This document shows, piece after piece, positions 24,001 through 36,110 of a DNA stretch of 64,000 nucleotides (its first letter is position 1; the number at the start of each line of letters is the position of its first letter). The translations under genes were made by a program, and so were the position numbers. The notes beneath the pieces were generated by a model, which saw only the letters and a list, made by a program, of their open reading frames with translations, searched no databases and had not been told where the DNA came from. Origin of the DNA: Podarcis filfolensis (lineage: Eukaryota); the NCBI GenBank assembly GCA_964270895.1, contig OZ185436.1. One strand, written 5' to 3'.

Positions 24001-27000
24001 TAATGGAAAAGGGTATTTGTTAGGGGACTGGGGTGATAGATGTAGGTTGTTACTTGAGCAAATTACATTCCAAAGTAACAGTAAGTGACTCTGTTGTCCA
24101 CTTGTCTGCTGTGAGTATCAGTTCTTTTAATAAAAGAGCTTTCTGGTGCTTCCATTCAGCACCTACCATTTACATATGTTTTGTGGGCTGACAGATGTTT
24201 TCTAGCAGGCTGTATTAGGAAATTATTAATTTTAGCTTATAGAAACCTGTTAAAGAAAAGTGTCTGTCAGTATATGTGTATAATACTGATCTGATTTTCC
24301 CTTGCCAAGTCCGCCAACCCCTTTTCAGAGTTCGCAGACTACTGAATATGGAGGGCTAGTTTGGGTGGGCATGTGCAGAATGTGTGTGTTCATAACTCTG
24401 AATCTATCTGGTGATGAGGGGGGGAAACATGCTGTTCCTTTACATTGTAGGGTCCGAAAGGATTGAAAGGAGACCAAGGAAACCCTGGAATAGCGGGAGA
24501 GAGAGGAGAGACAGGAGAAATGGGCTTGTCTGGTCCACCGGTATGTCTGTCTTCAACATAATTTGGGACTAGACGGTTGTCATAGATGCTAATTACCAGA
24601 AAAAAGTTAATTTTCACTTGTATGTATTATATATCAGGGGCTTAAGAGCATAAGCATAAGAAAGAGAAACATAAGCCTCGCTCGATCAGGCCAAAGGCCC
24701 ATCTAAGTCCAGACTCCAGCATCCTGTTCTCTGAGTGTCCAGCTCGATTCCACTTGTGAATCTCTTCACCTCACACTGCCTCTGACAGTGGAGGAAGAGC
24801 ATAGATACACTAGCTAGTAGCAGTTGATAGCTGTTTCCTCCATATGTTGTTCTACTCATATTTTAAAGCCATTTGAGTTAGTGGCCATCACTGCCTCTTG
24901 TGTGAGCAATTACCATGTTTTATCTGTGCGTTGCGTGAAAAAGTGCAGCACAATTCAACCCACACAGACTTCTATAAATGTGTCTTCAGAGGTTTTTAAA
25001 AGACTAGCAGTTATTAAGCCATACTTAGCTCCCTGGAGTGGGGAGTTCCAAAAGCATGGAAGATAGTCTTTTCCCCGTTACCTGACAGTCTAATGGCTCT
25101 TGCCTCCAAAGCCAATGCTTTGGCAAGCTCAGGCAGGTACAGGTGACTCTTTAGATAACACTGTCTCTTAATCATTTGAGGCTTTATTCATATGCTAGCA
25201 GGATGGGAACTACTTTTCTGAAGTGTTATGAACCTGAATCCTGGAGTAAAATTAGGGAGGTGAATTGTTTTGAGTCCTTCCTGGGAGTGAGGGTTGTGAT
25301 TGGGTGAGAAGAGCCATGTGACTGGCCTCACAGACATGGGTTGCAGGTGCATAGACATCCGCATGAGATCTCGCTATGAAGAAGTGGTTGATAGCAGTTT
25401 ATATAGATGGGACTTTCTACAAAAAACATGAAGAGTAACAAGCACATTGTATATAGCCATTTACAGTGCTGTCATGCTGCCTACTGTTTCCTAGCACAGC
25501 TCAGCTGGAACTGCCAGGCATAGGGGAAATAATTCACCTTCCATTTGCCTGTTACTGACACAATATCAGAGCCAAGAAAAGTTCAGCCCTGCAAGGAAAA
25601 ACTCCCACCGAAAATTAATAGGTTTGTAGGTTAGTTTAGATAAAGAGAATCCCCACCACAAACTTCTTATTCCACAAACTTTATATCTTAAAATACATCT
25701 TCAGACACCAGACTATTTCTTTTTACTATTTAGGGCATTGATGGACCAAAAGGAGAACCTGGCGCTCCCTGTGAGAAGGATCTTGTAAGTTGTAAACATA
25801 CTGAGAGAGACGTATGTTCCGTTTATCTGTTCTATTTCATTTATGTTTATATCGCCATTAAGAAATGTTCACAATGCAAATACAAAGTAACACAGAGCCA
25901 ATAGGAAAACATATTTTAAAATTCCCAAATCCGTTACATTGTACAAATCAGCAGTAAGATTAAAGTCCTGTGGGCTGTACAGCAAATCAAAAGATCCAAA
26001 AGACCTATGCCCAAACACTATCAGGAGGGGCACATTGTGTGAAGAGGTGCTCCTTAAGCAAATGATGAAACTGAATATTTGGTGGCACATAGCACTCCTC
26101 CAAAGGCGACAAATTCCATATGGAGGGTGCCACCACTGAGAAGGCCCCTCCACTGGGTCACCCCACTTCAGGTATTCCACACTGGCAGGACAATAGTCAC
26201 TTTTTAATATGAAACAGGACTTTTGTTTCACTGAGACTCCACATTACAGGTTCCTGAATTAATATGTGTTGTGACAGTCTTTACTTTTAATAGTATTTTC
26301 AGAACCCAAGTCAAAATGCATTCATTTGGAAATAAGTCCTGTTGATTTCAGTGAGAATCACTTACCAATAAAGATCATGACCTAAAGACTGCTTCACATG
26401 CTAACAATTTTCCTACAGGCAAGGAACTTTCTTCAACACAACAAGTATTACATATGTCTGCTGTTTTCTGCCTGAACTATCTGTGTACCTCAATACCTGT
26501 GTATAAATCAAATATATATGGTAGGCTTTCCAGGATGAAAAACTATCACATCTGATTCGAATTTAAATTGTTTGCCTAAGATACAGAAATGAGGTCAGAA
26601 GAGCAGCCTTAGAAATGGCCAAGAGATTAAATTTCAGTCTTCCCCTGAATGGCCTGCCATGCCATCTTTGCACACACCCATCAGCAAGGCATTGGGGAGA
26701 ACAGAGCACTATTCAGCCTGTGGGTATTGGTTGCATGTGCATACTGCACCCATAATAACCTGGAACACACTCATTATGTGTTACGTTAGCTTTTTTAAAA
26801 GAATGTTTTTTTTAAAAAAAATGACTTTTAAAAAATACTTTTTTATTTAATGTTCTTTAAAAAAGTTTTTATTAATTGCTTTGTTCTCTATATTTCTTAA
26901 GAGCATTTTCATTCACCAATAATTATTTTTCATTCTAAATGTTTTTTTTATCATGCCCATACAAGTCTGTATTCTGTCAAATCACTTCACTGTGTAACAA

Positions 27001-30000
27001 AATCCATAGGTGCAGATTATAGCTGAACCAGGACCTCCTGGCGTTCCAGGTCTACCAGGTCCACCAGGCCCTACGGTAAGTCTTCTGTTTTAATACTCAG
27101 ATTTTTTACCAGGTTACAATCTCTGTGGCTCTAACCTATCCAGGGAGGTTTATTTTGTGTGTAGATCAACAATCATTGATGATGAGTGTACAAATCTAAA
27201 ATACTTAATCACTGAGTTGTTGCAATAAAATCAATTCAGTACTTTAGCAAATGAGATGATTTTATCTCTAATATTTTATCTACTTTTTCTGTGGGATAAG
27301 CATGGAATAACACCCAGCAGAGTTGGGAGCCAAAAAACAAAACCCCGTAACAAGGGTTTCCATGCAGCTATGAAATGATTCCTTGTGTGAAGTAAAATGT
27401 TTGTGATGGAATGTAGTGCTAAAGACCCAAACGCCACACTGCACACACGCAGAATAGATGCTGTGCTGAGAGCATGCCCAGAACAGCTAAGCTTCATTAA
27501 GCTTGGATCCCAATATGCTCAGCAGGCATTTTACTGCTGACCCTAGTTGTTTGACAGGAAGGTTGATCCCACTGACTATATATAGGAGAGATCCAGATAG
27601 TCAAACGTTTCCTTTGATATAATTAGCCATTAGATCAGATCCTAAACCTTCCAGCAGATGGCAAGCCCATACCAGAGCATTGACTTGAGGTACGTAAGTG
27701 GACTGTAAGAACTGCTGCGTGGTAATTTCAGCACATATCTGGGGGAGGGGAATTTGGGGGTCCAGCTTGAATAAAAAGTGAACAATGTACACTGTTAAAC
27801 ATTTTCAGTCTTAAAATTTATTTCTCTTTGTTACAACTGTTTGAATGTGGACATTTGTAGCGACACACATATTGGTGATCACAGATTGGTAAGACATTTT
27901 CCAGAAAAGGATGCACATTGCCATAGGAAGTATATTTATGGATATTTGGCAGGGGACGGTGAAGTCAGGGTAGGCTCCTTTCTACAATTTTAGAATCCCT
28001 GACAACTTCATTATACATAGTTAGATCAAACTTTTATTTTGTTTAGATTGGGGTGGGTTTTTTAACCCATGATAATGGGGGGGGGGATACAAACAAATGT
28101 ATTCTACCTAGAGAGGAAGTCTGATAGCTGTGTGTACAAAATGAAAGATGTACTAGGGATACTTTAAGCATTCTTTAACAAATGAACTATTGCTGTCTTT
28201 AGGGTCCTCAAGGAATACAGGGGCATAAGGTGAGTCTATTACCTAAATGCCATGTGGTTTTTCCAACCTACATTAAATATCTTTGTTGAGATCATGGCAT
28301 AGTAATATGTGCCCTTGCTTGAAATTCTGCTATTTTACTTCTTGCTGAATACAATTTATTCATGTTATTTAATTATATTGTTGCCAAAGGATACACACTT
28401 GAGCCTATCCCTACAGATTTCTTGGGAGGGGAATGTTATCCTTCCCTTTCTTCCTTCAGTTATTTTTAATGTTAAGGCAAATAACTTTTACATTTGCCTT
28501 AGTCCATGAATGATGCTTGATACCATTTTCTCTTGTAATTATTTTTCAGTAGCACCTTAGAGACCGACTAAGTTTGTTCTGGGTATAAGTTTTCATAATA
28601 ATATATATATCATAATTTATTATTTATACCCCACCCATCTGGCTGAGTTTCCCTAGCCACTCTGGGCGGCTCCCAATCGAGTGTTAAAAATGTTAAAAAC
28701 AATACAGCATTAAATATTAAAAACTTTCCTAAACATGTGCATGCTTATACCCAGAACAAACTTAGTTGGTCTCTAATGTGCTACTGGACATTTTTTTTTA
28801 TTTCTTGTAATTATGAATCTTTAAAAAAAATTAAGGGGAGATATATTGATCAATTAATCCTTTTGAATATTGGCCAAAATACTGCGGCATTGCCTACTTC
28901 AACAGCAAACTAAAAGTTGACAAATAAATAAATGATAGGTAACATCAAGAACATGCCAAGACATTTCGCTTCACTGTTTCCTAGACCTTCCATGATTCTG
29001 TGTCCTCAGCATGTCAGTCACCTTCTGGCTGTTCAAACTCCCTTTAGAGTTACCATTTATTGACACTATTTTTAATACATTTACTGTTAAATTTTATAAG
29101 ACAAATGGGACATGACAGAAGCTACCAGTTTTGCTCTTCATCTGTTTTCCCTGTTCATATTTAAAGAAAGGGAAGTGGTAGGATGTAATTTTTTATGACA
29201 AGATTCAGAAAAGATGAACTGAATGGACCACTTTGCCTCTCATCCCCATTTTCCCCAGAGCAGTGGGGTATGGCAGGGCCAGGATTGAGCTACCTTTACC
29301 AACCAATCTATAAAAATTAAACACACAGCCTCACTTTAGAGATGAACAAACATGGCTGCCCCCTGGTTTTTCTCACTTGGCTTTAGGAGTTGATATTTCT
29401 GTCTGAAAGAAAAATTTCCATGCTCACAGCTTCCTTCCACACTGAAATATAATGTAGATTTCTAAAGAAAAATGCAATGGGTTATATGGTTTCATCTTAA
29501 AGAATACTTTTAGAATGATAACTTTAAGACGTGCACCATTCACCAAAACCTGGTGTAGAACAACTGCATTTAAAGTTCTAGCTTTGTGCCTTATTCTTTT
29601 CAGGCTATAGGTTGGCCAGTAACATACTAAGATGACAGCATTCTAAAAAAGAAAAAGAAAAACAGTTAGGCCTGTCTACTGTAGCCACATCCTCTGAATT
29701 ACGCAGGCATATTTGCATGAGTGGCTTCTGTTTCTCTCTACATCAAAATAGAATGTCTGAAAGATATATATTATGGCACAGGCATTGAGGATTTGAGGAT
29801 AAGGCTTGAATTACAGATCAACTTTCCCCCCAACCTCCCTTGTATTTTCTTTTCTCATATGCATCATTGATATCTTGCAGGGTCCCCAAGGAATTCAAGG
29901 ACACAAGGTGGGTCACTAAAATTGTGCACACCATTTATGAATTGAACTGGAACTGAGCACAAGGACAAACCACTTTGACCACTGAAGACTAACTAAACTT

Positions 30001-33000
30001 ATCCTAGAGCAGACCCTGCCCTACAATTAGGCCAAATGAGACAGCCAGCTCTGTCAGCAGAAGCTGGGAGGCAGCAGGGTCAGCCTCCCATGTTATTTTC
30101 ACCCAAGGCCCCTGGCCTTACCCTTCTGTGGGAAGACAGAGGTGGGTGGGTGTGCCACACAGCCTTTCCTACACCCTTAGCCTATTTCATTGCCAGTACT
30201 GAAGTAAGATTAAGCTTCAAGTCCAGTCAGCATCTGGGCATGGAATAGGGAGGTGGGATGCCATCTTGTTCTTCAGCTCAGGAAGCAAAATGTCTTGGGC
30301 CAACCCCAACTTAGAGCCCACCAGTACAAAAGATTTATTTCAGGCAGATAGATATAAGAACCCAATATAGGTTGAGATCTTTTGGTCACTGCCCAATCTG
30401 CCACCAGTCAAATTCCTTTCTGATTCAGACCATGTGAGTTTCAGAAGCAAGAATTCAGGAATGGAATTATACTGTTCATAACTCATACCTTTGGTTTGAA
30501 ATTTTCTTATGCAATCTATTTTATAAAAAAAATAAAAATGCTTGTATAACTTTATGTAAGCCAATAAAGGGTGTGTTTGCACTTGCCCTTTCCCACAAAA
30601 TCCGCCGCTGCTGCTATTACCAAGATCAGTGTTTCATTGTTCTACTATCTCTCCCCGCAATCTCTTGTTCCTCTGTAAACAGATACCAAGGCTGGTACTG
30701 GGTACTCTTGGTCTGGTGCAATATTATAATAGGGAGCTTTTATTTGTATGTTGACTTGCATTTCCTTTAGTATTTTTAAAAGATACCTTGAGTGAAATTT
30801 TGATAACATTAACCTTCATTTTAACTTAATTGAAAAGAATGAATTGGGCATAAAGCAAGTGATTTTTTAAAAAACCAACTAGTTGAAACCCTAATAAATG
30901 TATTTGTTTTTATGCAGGGCTCAGATGGTGCAAAGGGTGCAAAAGGTGAAAGTGGTCATAAAGGTGAAAAAGGTGTCCCTGGGCCACATGTGAGTAGTAG
31001 TATAAAATCTGCAACATCCTTGTGCTTCAGCAGAAAGCAGAAAGCAGATAGCAATATTCCAAGCCTTTTTCTAGTAGTTTTCTTTTCTCTCTAGGGTCCT
31101 GCTGGTACTCCTGGGCTTATCGGTTTACCAGGCACCAAAGGGGAGAAGGTAAGGATGCATATGGATCTGCTATGGGAAATGGGTTAACGCGTTCATCCAC
31201 CACAGTCCTCCAAAGGAATACAAAATGACTCATAACTGTATTTTATTTTATTTGAAACTACTAAATTTTAATGAAGCAGTAAGCTTCTGTGTTACATAAA
31301 AGTTCCTTACAGGCAAACTTAAATTGTTTTCTAAGTATTATTGTAATGGTAGAGAATTTGATAAGAATAGTTATTGAGCCCTACATGGAAATTTAAAACA
31401 GATTTCAGACACCTTTTTGAAACCTCATAATTATTGTGTGGTCTTTTTCTCAGAGACTTCCCATCAGTGTTGCAGAGAGTTGCAGCAGTGATAATTCTGA
31501 TCGTCTGCTGTAAAAGTGTAAAAGTGCATGTGATTAGCTTGTCCGAACTATAGACATCATATCTGAGTCAGTGGTGAAATTCTGCAGTTTTCTGTTTTGT
31601 TTTGTTTTTTAAACGATTCGTCTGTGGAAATGGAAAAAACGGAAAATGGAAAAACAACAACACAATAATAGTATTTCCTCTTTGGTTGTTTTGTGTTACT
31701 AAAATTACAGAAGTTCTGTTAAAACAAAAATATGTGTGTTGTCCAGATGCTGTACACAGGGGCCAGAACCCAGTCAGCAAAGCACTTTTAATACTTACGG
31801 ATTTCAATGGGAGGGAGCTGGGTATCTGCTTAACATAAATGTAACCCACTTAACATGGGGAGAAATTCAACATCGCACTAAGGCCGTTGTTCCATCAGGA
31901 GAAGCATTTTGGCGTAACAGACAGAATGATATCCTCCCTCTGTGTGCTGTTGTGGATGTTATCCCAACCACCACCACCCCCAAGCCAATTTCAGGGCAGC
32001 ACTGAAATTGTTTGTACAGGCTGAGGAGGGGAGAAGCCCTATTTCACAAGCATAAGTCCTTGCACAGGGCTTCCTCTGACGGGACCCGTTAGTTGAATCC
32101 TGCCCATGATGTCCCACTCTCACCAGTTCACTGTCTCCATTTCTTTCTCTTAACCCTAGGGAAAGCCAGGGGAACCAGGATTAGATGTAAGTAATGAGTA
32201 TACTATCTATACTATCAGTATGTCAGCAAACAATGCAGGAAGCAATTAAACAGAATTTTTCATACGTTATAAATGATTAGTAGAGGGAGGGGTCATGACT
32301 GTGTACCCGGGCAAATGCTTTCTTCTCAGGTTAAGATTTGCCTTTCCTGGCCAAGGGTCTCTGGTTGCATTGTCAGAAGCAACTTCCACCAGCAATCCTA
32401 AAGAGTCCCTTGCAATCATAACAGACGCCAGTACTGCTGAGGTGGACCTATTGCCTGATTTGGGGTGGATCTACACTTGTTGCGCTGCAGAGCAATGAAC
32501 CACTGACAAAGGGAAACTGCCACTGAACCTTATAGAATGTTCAGTTCAATAGCGTTTAGAAGGTCAATGTAGATCCAGCCTTGGTTTATACCAAGGTGAA
32601 AGAGGTGTCCCTGGGCCACATATGAGTAGCAGTGTAAGATCTGCAACATCCTTGTGTTTCATCAGGATAAATGCTTTAATAGCAATATCCCAAGTGATTT
32701 TTTATTTTTTTTGCACTTTGTAGTGAATCACAGCCTAGCTTTGTTTTTAATGCTGGACTTTATAAATGGTGTTAAGCTGTTCTGGGCTTTGTATGAGGAA
32801 GAGTGGGGTGCAAGAAATAAACAAACAGTACTAGCACAAAACATGCACATACTTTTTTTCTGAAAATGTTTCGTTGTCTCAATTCATAGTGGTTGCTTTT
32901 AAAAAACAACAACAACAACCTTGTTTTTCCTTTTCCTCATTACCAGAACTATTTGGCACTAAACACATACTTTTCCCCCCATGTTGCTCTTATAGGGTTT

Positions 33001-36000
33001 CCCAGGCCTAAGAGGAGAAAAAGGAGAAAAAAGTGAGAGAGGAGAAAAGGTCTGTATTGCTTCTAATTCACTGAGCTAAATGTCTGCCTCTAATTCATCT
33101 GTTCACACACAAAAAGTCCATACTCACTGACAACATCCCCTTTAATCTTTGAGGACAGGGGAGCCCAACTATATCTTGTTCAATTGAAGCTAGTTCAAAT
33201 TTGCAGAAATAGTATGTGGTCATATGCCAGATTTTGTAGGTGAATGCATATGCAAGGCAAAAGTATAAAGCATTATGAGCAGTAACCAGGTTTGTTCTTG
33301 ATGTCCCCCTTTGCTTCTCTCCTACTCCTGATTCCGCTGCCATGCTGCCAAGAGCAAAACCATAGTCTGGCTAAGCACTACATCCAAACCGAAGCAGCTC
33401 AGTAGTTTGCTGCTCTCCAAATGAACCATGAGTGCTAACCAAGGTTTGTTCTTAAGTGACCACTCATGGGCTGCATTCACGTAGCAGGTTATTCTTTCTT
33501 TCCGGTGCTTCTCTGTTAATTTCTGTATTATATTTGAGCTTTCACATGATATATAAGCTACTTATATAAGTCTAACACAATGCAAACAGGTGGACACTAA
33601 ATTCAGGACTTAACAAGTGGTATTTCTCTCGCTCGAGTCTTTCAGATTATAAAAGAGCTTTGATTTTTCTGTTGTGTCACAGGGAGAAAGAGGACTTCCA
33701 GGTAGAAAAGGAGCAAAAGGGCAAAAGGGAGAGCCAGGGCCGCCTGGATTGGATCAGCCTTGTCCAGTGGTATGGTTTGATATTGCTGGGAATATATGTT
33801 TGCTTTAAATTATCTCCGTTGCTTTTTGACATCTGAAGCACAAAAAGGTTTCTGGAGGCAGACTCCTTTGAACTTGGATAACGGCAGAAGGCCAATAGTT
33901 GCATTTCTCTAGCCTTTCTTTTTATCATGATGCTGGAACGTCACTTTCTTGGCGTACATGTTTTAGGGTAGACACAAAATAGGAAAGGCAACTCATATGC
34001 AAATCAGCAATCAAAGAAAGGAACCCATAAAAAAACAATGTGACTGCTCGCTGTGTGCACAAGCAGGTGGTTCATTCTTCAAGCCAGTTTTGATTTATTT
34101 CAGTCTTGTATACAGGCAGTGACCATTTTTGGCGTGTCCGATATGTGTGCAACAGCGTACAATGTGCCAAACCCAGAAGTGACCATGCGCGACTGCCGAA
34201 ACCCGGAAGTAATCTGTTCCAGTACTTCCGGGTTTCAGCGGGTCCGTAACCTGAAAAAACGCAACCTGAAGTGTCTGTAACCCGAGGTATGTCTCTAAGA
34301 GGCATTCTTACAGTTGAAGGACACAAGGAAAGCAGCCCAAGAGGGTGTGGGCCAGGGCCAGTGAGGGATGTGGCCTGAGGAGAGTACAAAGGGCCGAATA
34401 AGGGAGGCCTGGAGGACAATATCTGCCCTCCAGGTCAGAGATCTCCCATGCTTAACGTTTCTGTAAGCTTCTGAATTATTTCTTCACTTTTTTCACCTTC
34501 TTTCCTTTTTCTTTCTTATAAACTTTTCTATGTATTTCTCCGTTTTCAATTAACAGTTCATTTTTAAAGGGGAGCCAGGTTTACCTGAACTGGATGGTGT
34601 GGATATGCTCTGCCCTTTGGTATAGTATCCCCCCTTTCTTTCCTCTTTTGCATGACTTTTTCTGCATAACTTAGCCCTTTTCTTGCATAACATAGTCTTT
34701 TTCCGCTTTCTCCCTTCCTTTCCCTCTGGAAGCTCCATTCTTTTATATGAACATGTGGCCAGAATTTGTCAGGTGTCTGTATGATTTGTGAAAGACCAAA
34801 AGTTGTACAGACATATGGAAGAACTGACATTTCACAAGCCAGGGCACGCTCTAGTTCGTTCCACTCAGATTCATGCCACGTTGTGAAACTAAACGCTTAT
34901 ATATTTTTAATTCTAGTGTCTGGCTTTGTAGCCAAAGGTGTGTCAATGCTTCTGGCTACTATAAGCTTAGCAAGTTGTATGCATGGACCAGGCAGTTAAA
35001 TACCTGGAAGGGCGGAGGGAGGAAAACTTTTTAAAACTGATATGAATTTGCACAAACATTTAGTATGTGTGTGTCATTCAGCCACATATTCCTGGATGTC
35101 ATGGGGTTTGAAACACGTTCTTTGTGCAAATAAGTTTGAGTAGTTTCAGAGTGCACAGGTTGAAATTGACAGCTATGCCTATTTATGTATCTGATGCCAC
35201 AAATGATTTTAACATTTCAGTTATCTAAAGCACTCTCCTTGTCTTGTGACTTCTGAATGAATGGCCAGCTTGCATACATTATCACATCAGCCAATCCCAT
35301 AGGCTATAATTATTCTGATGTTGTGAGCCTATTCCACCCCCCTCAAGAGCATTGCTATATCTATACAGATATAAAAATATGCCATTAAAATGCTGGGGGG
35401 GGCGGGGAGAACGCTCCCAAGGTATCTGCCATTGACTTTAGATTCTGCTCTACAGCACCATCTAGTGTCACATTTTTATAATGCATTTTTAACATTATAA
35501 ATTGACCTGTGTAGCCGAGTCGCAAGAAAGAAAATGGTTTGCAAGCAAGGAAAGTATTTTACAACTGATAGCCAGAAACTAAACCTGGAAACAGTATGGA
35601 TAATACGCAAAGAATGCTTTACCTAAGATAGGTAGGGAAGATGTTCATGCCTCTGCTTGTCCTTTGGCAATGTACTTCCCATTTTGAAAGACAGCCATTC
35701 ACCAGTCAGTCTCCCGTGTCACAGAGTTGAGCTAAGAGATACTGTCTGAGAGTTGCCTGAAATAATTTTAATTAAATTGGTGTTGAGTTTATCCTTGTAT
35801 AGCTCTTTCCTCCCTTCATCAAACTCATATTACAGCATGAAACAAAACATCTTAAAATCAAAAAACTAAATTTGCTTTAATACAGAGAGCTTATGAATTT
35901 TTTAAGCAATTGTTTATGAATTCGACTAATTGTTTTATTTCTGAAATTTATACATGGAATCTGATTTGTTCCTGCATACCTACTTTTCAAACACAGCACA

Positions 36001-36066
36001 TGGTTTTTGCATGGATATTTCCAATACGTTTATGATAATGGTAGGTCTTGCAGATCAATCATAAAT

Positions 36067-36110
<44 letters not shown>

